Shown in pieces: positions 9,376 to 18,464 of a stretch of 64,000 nt of DNA. Each line of letters opens with the position of its first letter. Position 1 is the stretch's first letter. The stretch covers positions 27,035 through 91,034 of the forward strand of contig JAFGXT010000014.1 in the NCBI GenBank assembly GCA_016936495.1, given 5' to 3'. A program made the translations under genes and the position numbers. This DNA is from Victivallales bacterium (lineage in GTDB: Bacteria; Verrucomicrobiota; Lentisphaeria; Victivallales; SZUA-371). Below the pieces are notes generated by a model, which did no database searches, had not been told where the DNA came from, and worked only from the letters and a program-made list of their open reading frames with translations.

Positions 9376-9948
9376 TTGAAGTCGATGATAATAAAAGAAT
9401 TTTTTCGAAATCCGCGTTCTACAGGCGCCGTGATGCCAAGTTCCGGTAAACTCGCAAAGGTTATTACATCAGAAATAGGTTTAAAATCGGCTCGGCGTGT
9501 TATTGAGCTGGGACCGGGCACGGGAGCTATAACCAGACACATTCTTGAGGGCATGGAGCCTGGCACAGAATTTTTTGCGGTTGAACTGAATGAAAAAATG
9601 TATGAGACTTTCAAACATAAATTTCCTGGAGTCAAGATCATAAATGAAAACGCCGCTTCGTTGCGCAGCATAATTGTGCGTGAGGGGATGCAGGACGTTG
9701 ATTTAATTATTTCCGGTCTGCCCTGGGCGTCTTTCGGCGCACCGCTTCAGCGTCGTTTGCTGCTGGAGATCACCGGCAGTCTGGCTCCGCGCGGTATTTT
9801 CACTACTTTTGCTTACGTACAGGGTCTGGCGTTGCCATCGGCAAGGGCTTTCAAGCGTCGTCTGGACAAACGTTTCGCGACTGTTCAGCGAACTCCTATC
9901 ATATGGAACAATATTCCTCCGGCGGTGGTATACCGTTGCAGAAAATAG
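9376..9948 (+). CDS. Class I SAM-dependent methyltransferase (phospholipid N-methyltransferase-like, COG3963-like)
   Basis: SAM motif I VIELGPGTGAITRHIL and N-terminal NPRSTGAVMPSS block. The track start is TTG 9376; ATG 9385 is an alternative. Confidence 0.7.
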   Translation: MKSMIIKEFFRNPRSTGAVMPSSGKLAKVITSEIGLKSARRVIELGPGTGAITRHILEGMEPGTEFFAVELNEKMYETFKHKFPGVKIINENAASLRSIIVREGMQDVDLIISGLPWASFGAPLQRRLLLEITGSLAPRGIFTTFAYVQGLALPSARAFKRRLDKRFATVQRTPIIWNNIPPAVVYRCRK

Positions 9949-10048
9949 CGTGCCGGCAGTTCAGGCACGCATCCTCATATTCCCTTTAAAAACGCTGGAC
10001 TTGTCAAGTCTGGCGGCAACTGTTGCTGATAAAAAATCAAAGCCCCTA

Positions 10049-10077
10049 TTGACATAATGCTGTCGAAATCATAGAGT
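10049..10077 (+). promoter_or_regulatory. Candidate sigma70-type promoter
   Basis: TTGACA (10049-10054), 17-nt spacer, TAGAGT (10072-10077), about 90 nt upstream of the metallophosphoesterase gene. Confidence 0.35.
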
Positions 10078-10163
10078 ATGCTTAGGACAAGAGTTATTTT
10101 ACGGTAATTCCTGTAGAAGACCTGGCCGTGAGATGATTTTTTGTATCTTCTTCGGGGAGGAGG

Positions 10164-10964
10164 ATGACGAAAAATTTTTTAGGAGTATTGTGCCGCATTA
10201 TGCGTTTGGGAATTATAAGTGATGTTCACAGCAATTATGAAGCTTTGCAGGCTACTTACCGGGAGTTATGCAGACGCGGTTGTGAAAAAATAATATGTCT
10301 CGGCGACGTCGTCGGATATGGTCCATCCCCTAATGAATGCATTGACTTCTTTGTGGAAAAGAACATTGAATCTATCAAAGGCAATCACGATTATTATGTG
10401 AATTGTGTAGAGAAAAGTGTTGAAGAGCTGGGGGTTACACCCAATGCATTCCGTTCGGTGGAATGGACGCGCGAAGCACTTGCGCCTTCACACAAGGAAT
10501 GGCTGGATAATCTGCCGTTTACGCTTACCCGTTGGGATATGATGTTCATCCATGCCGCGGTTGATACTGCTGAAGGAGAGTATTGGCCTTATATTTTTGA
10601 TATACATTCTGCCATGTTTCATTTTTATTTTCAGACCACAATGCTGGCATTTTTCGGACACGTCCATGTGCCATTGATGTTTTCCTGTCAGAAAGAAAAT
10701 AATTGTCCGCGCCCCGCTATTCGCATTGAAAAACTCAAAGAGCATTGTTTTGCGGAGGAGACAGAGCGGAAGTTTCTGATAAATCCCGGTTCTGTAGGAC
10801 AGCCTCGCAATCGCGACAATCGTAGCAGTTCATTGGTCTTAGACCTTGAAACCTGTACGCTCGAAGCGATTTATGTTCAATATGACTTTCAGCTTACCTG
10901 TCGGAAGATATTGAAATCAGACTTGCCTGAAGAGCTGGCGTTACGGCTTATCTCCGGAACCTGA
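10164..10964 (+). CDS. Metallophosphoesterase family protein
   Basis: Calcineurin-like phosphoesterase motifs GIISDVHSN, LGDVVGYGP and GNHD. An alternative start at ATG 10200 (MRLGIISD) is possible. Confidence 0.75.
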   Translation: MTKNFLGVLCRIMRLGIISDVHSNYEALQATYRELCRRGCEKIICLGDVVGYGPSPNECIDFFVEKNIESIKGNHDYYVNCVEKSVEELGVTPNAFRSVEWTREALAPSHKEWLDNLPFTLTRWDMMFIHAAVDTAEGEYWPYIFDIHSAMFHFYFQTTMLAFFGHVHVPLMFSCQKENNCPRPAIRIEKLKEHCFAEETERKFLINPGSVGQPRNRDNRSSSLVLDLETCTLEAIYVQYDFQLTCRKILKSDLPEELALRLISGT

Positions 10965-10966
10965 AT

Positions 10967-11425
10967 TTATTCATCTATCTTTTTCAGCTTATGACATAGC
11001 ATTGTACTGCAATCGACGATCAAGCGTATTTCATCTTCGGTACAATTTTTCAAGACAGTAGCGATTTTATTCCGGAAACGTGCGTCAATTTTCTTCATAT
11101 GATCACGTATTTCCGGTTTCAGGCTGACCAATACCTCGCGGCGGTTTTCTGCGTTTCTTATGCGTTCGACAATGCCAAGGCGGTAGAGTTTGTCCACCGC
11201 CGCCGACGCCGCCGAGCTGGAAAGTCCGGTATGCCGCATAATAGTTTGAAGAGAACACGGTCCGAAACGTTCTATTGTCGCCAGATAATTAATTTGCCGG
11301 GGAGCCAGACGGGCGATTATGTCATCCTGCTGGTTTTCCTCCCAGTATTCGCCAATACTGTCCCGCCTGATGAAGCCCAGCAGATGATGTACTTCAAAAA
11401 AATCATCAAATTTATTCATAGTCAT
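10967..11425 (-). CDS. MarR family transcriptional regulator
   Basis: 152 aa with a winged-HTH block LATIERFGPCSLQTIMRHTGLSSSAASAAVDKLYRLGIVER. Its start codon abuts the stop of the upstream MATE gene (shared position 11425). Confidence 0.85.
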   Translation of the reverse strand: MTMNKFDDFFEVHHLLGFIRRDSIGEYWEENQQDDIIARLAPRQINYLATIERFGPCSLQTIMRHTGLSSSAASAAVDKLYRLGIVERIRNAENRREVLVSLKPEIRDHMKKIDARFRNKIATVLKNCTEDEIRLIVDCSTMLCHKLKKIDE

Positions 11426-12846
11426 TATCCCATGTCCCCCATGCTTTCCGGTAGCGGTAATACTTCCAGAGGGCTTTGAGTTTTCTTATCTCCGCCACCG
11501 TGGAGCAATTTCAGCGTCATTCCGCGTACCAGCCACAGCCCTGCGGCGCCCGATAACAAATCCGCCGCCAGTCGTGCGACAAATAATCCATATAGCGAAT
11601 CCAGCCATAACGCCATCAATGATAATGGAATCAATAAGCCTATCAGCCTCAACGCATTAAGCCATGCGGTGGCGACAGGTCTATTGCAACCGGTATAGAC
11701 AAAGCCGCAATAGCGATGTATTTCCATCATGCCGAAACCAAACGGAATAATCCGCAAATACACCGTCATCAATCTTATCACCTCCGCGTCGTCGGAAAAC
11801 ACAGCGGCCAGCCACGGAGCACTAATAAAGTATACGCCCGCCATTAATAATTCAAATATCCCCGCGAAACGCATGGCGAAGCGTCTGCATTGATTGATGC
11901 GTTCATAATGTTTTGCGCCATAATTCTGAGCAATCATCGGCATTAGTGACATCCCCAAAGACATCGGCACCACAAACGCCACCATTTCCAATCTGCCCGC
12001 CGCCGCGCATGCAGCCACCGCCGCGACGCCGAACTCCGCGATGATCCGGGTCATAATCATATTTCCCGCCGGCATCATCAGCATAGCAATGATCGAGGGT
12101 ACCGCCATGCGGATAATTACCCGCCAGGAAATTCTCAGCAATCTCCACTGTAATACTTTAAAGGTAAGCAACCCATAGCGGAATTTAAGGATCATCAACA
12201 ATGTTATCCCGGTAATCATCTGAGTCATAACCGTGGCGAGCGCCGCCCCCTTTATCCCCATCGCCGGAACCGGCCCCAGTCCGAAAATAAATATTGGATC
12301 AAGCACGACATTCAGCAACATTCCGGCGACCATCATGCCACTGGCGCTTCTTGATGCTCCGGAAGCTATCAAAAAGTCATTGCAAGTCATCGGAAATGCC
12401 GCCGTAATACAGCCCAGGAACCATATCTGCATGTAACCCGATGCCATAGATAACACCTCCGGCTCCCTGCCAGCACCGAATTGACGCAACATCCAGTCAA
12501 GACTTAAAAGTCCGGTTACGCATATTACGACACTGCATAGCGCAATCAATAACAGACCTGAACTTGCCATTTTTGCAGCTTTTGAATGCTTACTGCCGCC
12601 CAGGGCGTGAGCCAACGGCGTCGCCGCCCCGACCGCCATACCCCGGAATATACATCCGGCGAGCATGACCAGCGGGAAAGTAAATCCCATAGCCGCCAGT
12701 GGATTAGTTCCTAATTTAGATACAAAATAAGTGTCGGCTATGTTGTAGCCGGAGAGTGCCAGTGTTGCCGGAATCATTGACAGCGCGGTTTTTATCATGG
12801 TTCCGCCGATGGAACCGCGGGTATATTTAGCGTGCTTACTACTCAT
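11425..12846 (-). CDS. MATE family efflux transporter
   Basis: 473 aa with about 12 predicted TM helices. The N-terminal GGTMIKTALSMIPATLALSGYNIADTYFVSKLG pattern is typical of MATE/NorM-like pumps. Confidence 0.9.
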   Translation of the reverse strand: MSSKHAKYTRGSIGGTMIKTALSMIPATLALSGYNIADTYFVSKLGTNPLAAMGFTFPLVMLAGCIFRGMAVGAATPLAHALGGSKHSKAAKMASSGLLLIALCSVVICVTGLLSLDWMLRQFGAGREPEVLSMASGYMQIWFLGCITAAFPMTCNDFLIASGASRSASGMMVAGMLLNVVLDPIFIFGLGPVPAMGIKGAALATVMTQMITGITLLMILKFRYGLLTFKVLQWRLLRISWRVIIRMAVPSIIAMLMMPAGNMIMTRIIAEFGVAAVAACAAAGRLEMVAFVVPMSLGMSLMPMIAQNYGAKHYERINQCRRFAMRFAGIFELLMAGVYFISAPWLAAVFSDDAEVIRLMTVYLRIIPFGFGMMEIHRYCGFVYTGCNRPVATAWLNALRLIGLLIPLSLMALWLDSLYGLFVARLAADLLSGAAGLWLVRGMTLKLLHGGGDKKTQSPLEVLPLPESMGDMG

Positions 12847-12875
12847 AATCCATACTTGTTTTACTGTTTATTACT

Positions 12876-12912
12876 ATATTCCCAAAATGGGAATATCCTG
12901 AAATAGGAATAT
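12876..12912. promoter_or_regulatory. Candidate MarR operator (palindrome plus a third half-site) over the MATE-MarR promoter
   Basis: atattccca-aaa-tgggaatat is a perfect 9-bp inverted repeat (12876-12896). A further ggaatat lies at 12906-12912. On the minus strand it overlaps a candidate promoter: TTGTAA (complement of 12930-12935), 16 nt, TATATT (complement of 12908-12913). It lies 30-65 nt upstream of the MATE start. Confidence 0.45.
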
Positions 12913-13023
12913 ATAGCATGTATGGATTTTTACAATAAGGAATAGATGATAAAAGCGGAAAATATCGGGGTCAAACCTACACATTATTACATTTTGGCTT
13001 TTGAATGAGCTGGAAGTGGCAAT

Positions 13024-13051
13024 CTACAAGACACACAAAATGACACAAAAA
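13024..13051 (-). repeat. TG/CA-rich intergenic element, copy A
   Basis: The + strand reads ctacaagacacacaaaatgacacaaaaa, with 26 of 30 positions identical to copy D. On the minus (gene-sense) strand it is T/G-rich and follows the hairpin at 13062-13088. Confidence 0.6.
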
Positions 13052-13061
13052 TAAAATCGGT

Positions 13062-13088
13062 GCGGGTCTGTTGCAACACAGAACCCGC
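13062..13088 (-). terminator. Hairpin downstream of the beta-helix operon
   Basis: gcgggtctg and cagaacccgc form a stem with one bulge. On the minus strand it is followed by accgattttattttt. Confidence 0.4.
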
Positions 13089-13175
13089 GAGGCTTTTTGG
13101 AAAAAAATTCGGCATTCTCGAAAGTCGCTTTTAAAAGCGCTTTCAGATTATTATCGCCGAAAACTTTGGTCTCAT

Positions 13176-14633
13176 TCATTTACAGTGGTTGAGGTTCACA
13201 CCGTTTACGGTGGTAACAGCGTTGCGATATCGGCGATATTGAGTCCAGACCGATTCCGGTAGCGTTGCCCCTTGACCATCGACTGATACCGGGATTCCGG
13301 TGGCATGGTCTAGCGGCAATTTCGGTATAAAGCGGCTGTTTAAGTCTCCGTTGCTGTCCGATTGATAACGGGAGAAGTCGGACATCCGGTAGTTCTGACC
13401 GTTAAAGATTATCGCTGGCGCGTTAAAATAGCAATTGTTTTTCAGGATAGTCCGGTCAGAAGTTATTGCAAATACATAATCTTTAAAGTTACCGAGTAGC
13501 GAATTTGTGATTTCCAAAATTCCAGAGGAGTTTTTAGCGAGCGCAGTGAAAAAGCGGCCACCAACGACCGTGCAACGATTCAAGGTAAGCTTGCCGTTGC
13601 GGACAAATGCCACCGACTGCTTGTCATCGCCGACTTTTACCACCGAATTATTCAAGGTCAAGTTGGCTGAACCATGAGCCCAGAGTTGTTCAGCGGGAAC
13701 GTTATCGATAACCAGACAGTCATATAGCGTTGAGCTGGCTTCCGCCGCAGAGAACGCTCCGGCTTCAAACACATTCTCCATCAGAACGCAACGCTTGTAG
13801 ATTACTTGCGACTTGTGTATATTGGCAAATCCGGCACTGCCACAGCGGAGCGCCAGACAATCCTCATAAGTGGCACTGCTCACTCCGTGGCAGGAAAAGC
13901 CCTGACCACAATTGTCTATTGCCACACAGTTGCGATAAACGGTGTTACGGGCAAAGTTAGCGGTATCAAATCCGTCATTCCACGAATGTATCACCGTGAA
14001 ATTTTCAATCCTGGTATGGTCTTTGTGGGTATAAAAGCCGGAATTGGCGGGAAGTTGAATGGTCAATTCGGTTAATGTCTTCCCTTCCGGCAATCTGAAG
14101 TAGACACATTTTTCGGCGCGGCTCCACCAAAAGCTGCCGGGATTCGTTTCCATTTCCTGACGACTCAATGCATTGCGGGCATTTTCTCCGTTGACGAACC
14201 AGATTTTCAGTTTGGGATTCCAGTAGTCCTGGGTTTTGAAATTGCGGTATAGGTTGCTCATCGGCCAGAACGGGAGTTGATAAATCCCTTCGGAAACCTT
14301 AGTCCACTTTTCCACCGGAATTACCGCCAACCCCGATATTGTCGCACCATTGCCATTGATAACCAGCGGTTTATCCGCAGTGCCTCCGACTCCGACGGCA
14401 TACTCCTTGCCCACTGGACCATAGTAGGGACGGGTGTAGGGATTTCCTGGATTAGCAATAACTTCAAGCCGGTCGGACATTCCTAATGCTTTAATGCCCT
14501 TATCCAGTGAGGCAAAGGGTTTTTGAGCTGTTCCGGGATTGCTGTTGGAGCCCTTTAGGTTATCAACGTAAAAAGTATTTGCATTGACCGCGACGGCGGT
14601 TCCGATCAGTAATAGAGATAAAAGATTTTTCAT
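13176..14633 (-). CDS. Secreted right-handed parallel beta-helix repeat protein (DUF1565-like N-terminus; polysaccharide lyase/hydrolase fold)
   Basis: Signal peptide MKNLLSLLLIGTAVAVNA. FYVDNLKGSNSNPGTAQKPFASLDKGI matches the DUF1565-type start of beta-helix proteins. Repetitive N/C/G-rich coils follow. The start overlaps the upstream stop (ATGA, 14630-14633). Confidence 0.7.
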   Translation of the reverse strand: MKNLLSLLLIGTAVAVNANTFYVDNLKGSNSNPGTAQKPFASLDKGIKALGMSDRLEVIANPGNPYTRPYYGPVGKEYAVGVGGTADKPLVINGNGATISGLAVIPVEKWTKVSEGIYQLPFWPMSNLYRNFKTQDYWNPKLKIWFVNGENARNALSRQEMETNPGSFWWSRAEKCVYFRLPEGKTLTELTIQLPANSGFYTHKDHTRIENFTVIHSWNDGFDTANFARNTVYRNCVAIDNCGQGFSCHGVSSATYEDCLALRCGSAGFANIHKSQVIYKRCVLMENVFEAGAFSAAEASSTLYDCLVIDNVPAEQLWAHGSANLTLNNSVVKVGDDKQSVAFVRNGKLTLNRCTVVGGRFFTALAKNSSGILEITNSLLGNFKDYVFAITSDRTILKNNCYFNAPAIIFNGQNYRMSDFSRYQSDSNGDLNSRFIPKLPLDHATGIPVSVDGQGATLPESVWTQYRRYRNAVTTVNGVNLNHCK

Positions 14634-16399
14634 TTATCCATTTCCATATTGTTGTTTTCAATGGTAACATTCTTCGAGCCCGGCGTCGTTATCGCAGCAG
14701 TCGGAACCGCCACCGGATGCGGTCGCCCAAAGGTATTTCCGGAGATAAGGATATTTTCCCCGTTAGTGACGTTGATGATACGCCCGTGAACCCCGTAGCC
14801 GCTATTTTCCGGTGATGGAATCCCGTAATTGTTGAAGATGTTGTTACGGATAACCAGATTGCGAATAATTTTTCCTGATACGGCTTGCGGACGATGATCG
14901 GCACCAAACGCCTCAACTTGAATATTGGTCAACCCGATGTCGTCAAAGCGGTTGTTCTGGATAGTTATGTCAGAGAGGTCGCCAGACTCCAGCCAGAATA
15001 TTTCAGGTCCGAGCAAAATTGCTGGTCCGCGCAAATTCCGGAATCGGCAATTTTCTATGATTGCCGGTGCGCGCAACAGGATGCCCCGGGCTCGATGGTC
15101 GGCAAATTCGCAGTTTACAATTCGGCTTCCAGCTCCGGCAATGGAAAGATTCAGTGCGAGCGCCGGGAGATTTTTACGGTCGAACTCCTTTCCGGTAATT
15201 TCAAGCGTACGCGGTATTTCCGGCAATGTATCTTCTGCGGTAACCTCCCAGACACGCTTGCCTTTCCGGTCAATCCTGCGTAGCGCAGCAACGGAGACGG
15301 AGGTGTATTCTTTTAAATCGCGCCCATCATAAATCGTCAATTTATCTCCTTTCTCATAAGGTAGATTGCTGTCAATTACCATTACTTTTCCGTTGACTGA
15401 ATAGACCGGAGCGGCCATTGTGGAGATATTGATTCCGTCGTCACACATGTTGCGAAAAATGCAGTCGATGATTTGTGGCCCGCGTCGGTTATTTTTCACA
15501 TGAACGCCATCAGCGGCGGTTGAGAGCAGACGACCTTTTTCAGGAACCACCCGGCAAGCAATGAATTTCATTCCGCTACAATTAGTGGCGGAAAATGCGG
15601 CGGACGGACCATTATTGATGGTAACATTCTCAATTGTGCAATCGTTGGAGAACTCATTGTTGAACGCGGTTGAGTTGTTAAACCGGTAAAAGATAACCGC
15701 CGACAGTCCAGGCGTAACTATGGCACCGAACGGCCATTCCGTGATGATTCGATATTGTCCGTCTGGCAATTGTTCCATTGATTTGACTCTGTTTCTGGGG
15801 ATCTTATGTTCGTAAGTGCCATCCGGGCGAAAGAAGATAATATGCAGCGGGCTGAACATCAACGGTTCTTTATCGGCGGAATCCAATTTCAATGTCAGCT
15901 CCGAAGCTCCGGCAGAGCTTACCGTTCCTTGTATTGCCAGCGGCGGGAGATAGCGAATTGTAAAATTACGAAAGGTGCTTTTTCGGCAATGTAACGCCCT
16001 TAGCCCCTTGTGCTGAGGGTTTCCAAACAATAATACAGTATTTACCCCTTCTCCTTCGATAGTTTGTTTTTCAAGCCGTTCGATTACGAGGTTGCCATTA
16101 TTTATTTTTCCGGTTCCGGAAAAGAAATAACTTCCAGCCGGGAGCTTCAATATTGAACCGGGTTCACTGGTTTTCAGCGCGGAAACCGCACGATTAAAGG
16201 CTTTGGTGTCATCGGTCTTACCATCGCCGGTCGCTCCGAAATCACGAACATTGAGTTCTGCGCCCAATGTGGAGGCAGCGAGAAACACTCCGGTCATACT
16301 GATAAACAGTTTGTTGAATTTTAATCTTAGAAAGTTGTTCAAGCCGAAAAAAAGCGACATTTTTTCGAACTTGCTGGTTTGTTGTTTATGTTTTTTCAT
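14630..16399 (-). CDS. Secreted pectate-lyase-superfamily beta-helix protein (Pectate_lyase_3-like N-terminus)
   Basis: LNVRDFGATGDGKTDDTKAFNRAV is the hallmark of Pectate_lyase_3/GH28/GH55-like beta-helix proteins. I prefer the ATG at 16399 (MKKHKQQ...), 12 nt after AAGGAG, over the track start at 16456. Confidence 0.7.
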   Translation of the reverse strand: MKKHKQQTSKFEKMSLFFGLNNFLRLKFNKLFISMTGVFLAASTLGAELNVRDFGATGDGKTDDTKAFNRAVSALKTSEPGSILKLPAGSYFFSGTGKINNGNLVIERLEKQTIEGEGVNTVLLFGNPQHKGLRALHCRKSTFRNFTIRYLPPLAIQGTVSSAGASELTLKLDSADKEPLMFSPLHIIFFRPDGTYEHKIPRNRVKSMEQLPDGQYRIITEWPFGAIVTPGLSAVIFYRFNNSTAFNNEFSNDCTIENVTINNGPSAAFSATNCSGMKFIACRVVPEKGRLLSTAADGVHVKNNRRGPQIIDCIFRNMCDDGINISTMAAPVYSVNGKVMVIDSNLPYEKGDKLTIYDGRDLKEYTSVSVAALRRIDRKGKRVWEVTAEDTLPEIPRTLEITGKEFDRKNLPALALNLSIAGAGSRIVNCEFADHRARGILLRAPAIIENCRFRNLRGPAILLGPEIFWLESGDLSDITIQNNRFDDIGLTNIQVEAFGADHRPQAVSGKIIRNLVIRNNIFNNYGIPSPENSGYGVHGRIINVTNGENILISGNTFGRPHPVAVPTAAITTPGSKNVTIENNNMEMDK

Positions 16400-16483
16400 T
16401 TTATAAGGAATCTCCTTTGAGTAATCACGTAAATGTAAAGATTTTTTTAACAGCATCTAATTTTTTATATTCATTTTTTGATG

Positions 16484-17173
16484 TTAAATCGGATTGACCG
16501 ACTCTTCAAAATCAATACGATAAAGATCAAGAAATTTGCGGCGCGAAACGTGCCCATCAGCCCACAACACATTGAAACCATCGTTATGCCGATTGGTCTG
16601 AACCCTGAAATAACTTCCTCCTCCTTCCTTGCACCATGTTGCTGCTGAAGCATATGGCGTCCAACCAGTGCCGGTCGCGCCGCTGAGCCGGTCGCCCATC
16701 AGGAAAGTTGCGGAACTTTTACGGATACGCGTTGCTTTAGTCTCCGGATAAGCCTGGGTCGAATACTGATCTTTACATGCCATCAGATGCAGACTGCTGG
16801 CATAATCGACATGATCACCGTTATTTTCATTAAGATAACTATTTTGGGTGGAACTGGGACAGTTAAGGATATTATTGGCGCTGGTGGAGAGGAAGATATG
16901 ATTAGGAATCTTATCCCATCCGGCATATTTTGCCAGCGGAGAGTTCCGATGATGCCAGTTGTAGGCATTGTAATAACGCGAAAGCGGCATGTTATCTTGA
17001 TGATCAGTAGAATATTGAATCACGGTCAGACCAATTTGCTTAAGATTGTTGGCACAAGTAATCTGCTTCGCTTTTTCCCGAGCCTGATTCAGCGTCGGAA
17101 GCAACATTCCCGCTAGAATTGCAATAATTGCAATCACAACCAAGAGTTCTATCAGTGTGAAACTCTTTCTCAT
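16484..17173 (-). CDS. Prepilin-type N-terminal domain protein with H-X9-DG motif (pseudopilin-like, DUF1559-type)
   Basis: [27 protein letters not shown]-terminus and C-terminal [12 protein letters not shown] (H-X9-DG). The ATG at 17173 is preceded by GAGGAGAA; the track ORF starts upstream at 17206. Confidence 0.85.
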   Translation of the reverse strand: MRKSFTLIELLVVIAIIAILAGMLLPTLNQAREKAKQITCANNLKQIGLTVIQYSTDHQDNMPLSRYYNAYNWHHRNSPLAKYAGWDKIPNHIFLSTSANNILNCPSSTQNSYLNENNGDHVDYASSLHLMACKDQYSTQAYPETKATRIRKSSATFLMGDRLSGATGTGWTPYASAATWCKEGGGSYFRVQTNRHNDGFNVLWADGHVSRRKFLDLYRIDFEESVNPI

Positions 17174-17225
17174 TTTGTTTTCTCCTCTTTCTGATTGATT
17201 TTTCATATATTTATTAATTCATTTT

Positions 17226-18293
17226 TTATTGCGAAATAGTCTCTACCGCTATGGCGGTTGATTCTCTCTCTATGAATTCAGGGTATACAATATGAGTAAG
17301 CCCGTGGAGCTTTTTCTCTTTTAATGCCTGGTCAATGAGGTCAAACGCGCCGTCAGCCATCTTATCAAGAGGTATGACTATAGAGCTCAGCGAGGGTTTG
17401 AACAATGCCGCCGAGATGTTGCCGCCGAATCCCAGCACGCTGAGTTGCTCCGGTACTTTTATATTGAATTCGGACAGAGCGCGCAAAGCTCCCAGAGCAC
17501 TGTAATCACTGGCTACAAACATCGCGGTAAAATCGGCATGGTTGCTTTCCAAATAACGGCTTAACTCGGTAAATGCCTTCATCTGCGAGTTTTCACCGAA
17601 TCTAGTCTTGCAATCTATGACGGTAAGTTCGCCGCCTTCGGCTTTGATTCGGCTGGAATAACCGTCAAAAATCTCATTGCTGGTATAGCTGAATGGTTCA
17701 CTGAGCAGAATAGCCATCTTACGGTGTCCATTTTTTAAAAAATATTCCGCCGCCATAGTTCCGGTAAGGACGTTATGTCCGCCAACGCAGTTAAGTCCGA
17801 GCTGATGCAGTGTTGCACGTATCATAACAATCGGAATTGGCGCGTTTTTCAAAATATTCACCTGAGCCTGAGATAAATCAGAGCGTGAAGGATTTATGAT
17901 GATCGCGTCCGCCTCGCCAAATGGCAGCTGGCTGTAAACGTCTTCTGAATGATGATAGATGATACGGCGATAGTTGTAGTTGCGTTCCTGCGCAATTTTA
18001 TGACATATACGCTCGGTTCTCGATGCTTCGTCAAAATTCCAGTCGTTCATATAATAATACACGGTATACTGTTTTTGTTCGCCGTCTTTACGTACAAATG
18101 TCCCCTTGCCCACCTTGCGGATCAACAGTTTGCGTTCTTCAAGCAGATCCAGCGCCGGGCCTACCGTGAACTGACTTACATTGTATTCCTGCATCAACTG
18201 GCGCACCGATGGAAAGCGTTCCCCGTCTTTCATCTGTCCGATTCTGTCTTTCAACAGTTGAAAAAGTTGCTCTGATTTCGCCAGTTTCAGCAT
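17226..18293 (-). CDS. Transcriptional regulator with GntR-type wHTH fused to a LacI/PBP-type sugar-binding domain
   Basis: N-terminal FPSVRQLMQEYNVSQFTVGPALDLLEERKLLIRKVGKGTFV (GntR wHTH), followed by a periplasmic-binding-protein-like type 1 domain of about 270 aa. Confidence 0.8.
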   Translation of the reverse strand: MLKLAKSEQLFQLLKDRIGQMKDGERFPSVRQLMQEYNVSQFTVGPALDLLEERKLLIRKVGKGTFVRKDGEQKQYTVYYYMNDWNFDEASRTERICHKIAQERNYNYRRIIYHHSEDVYSQLPFGEADAIIINPSRSDLSQAQVNILKNAPIPIVMIRATLHQLGLNCVGGHNVLTGTMAAEYFLKNGHRKMAILLSEPFSYTSNEIFDGYSSRIKAEGGELTVIDCKTRFGENSQMKAFTELSRYLESNHADFTAMFVASDYSALGALRALSEFNIKVPEQLSVLGFGGNISAALFKPSLSSIVIPLDKMADGAFDLIDQALKEKKLHGLTHIVYPEFIERESTAIAVETISQ

Positions 18294-18327
18294 GATGCGT
18301 TCCTGTTTGTTGAATTGTCATTGTTTC

Positions 18328-18349
18328 CAATACACTTAAACAATACACT
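18328..18349 (-). promoter_or_regulatory. Two 9-bp direct repeats (13-bp period) overlapping a candidate -10 of the cassette 1 regulator
   Basis: caatacact at 18328-18336 and at 18341-18349 (minus strand AGTGTATTG twice). Candidate promoter on the minus strand: TTGACT (complement of 18363-18368), 17 nt, TATTGT (complement of 18340-18345). Confidence 0.35.
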
Positions 18350-18433
18350 ATAAAAAATACAAAGTCAAGTGTATGGGTTTAATATTTTTTCTAAAATATC
18401 TAAGGCCTTGTTTACTTGAGTTCGGATGAGAGA

Positions 18434-18454
18434 GTCCACAAAACACAAAAAACA
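18434..18454 (-). repeat. TG/CA-rich intergenic element, copy C (short)
   Basis: The + strand reads gtccacaaaacacaaaaaaca. The first 14 nt are identical to copy D in the same orientation. In gene sense it begins 10 nt after the anSME stop codon. Confidence 0.5.
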
Positions 18455-18464
18455 GATGGTAATG

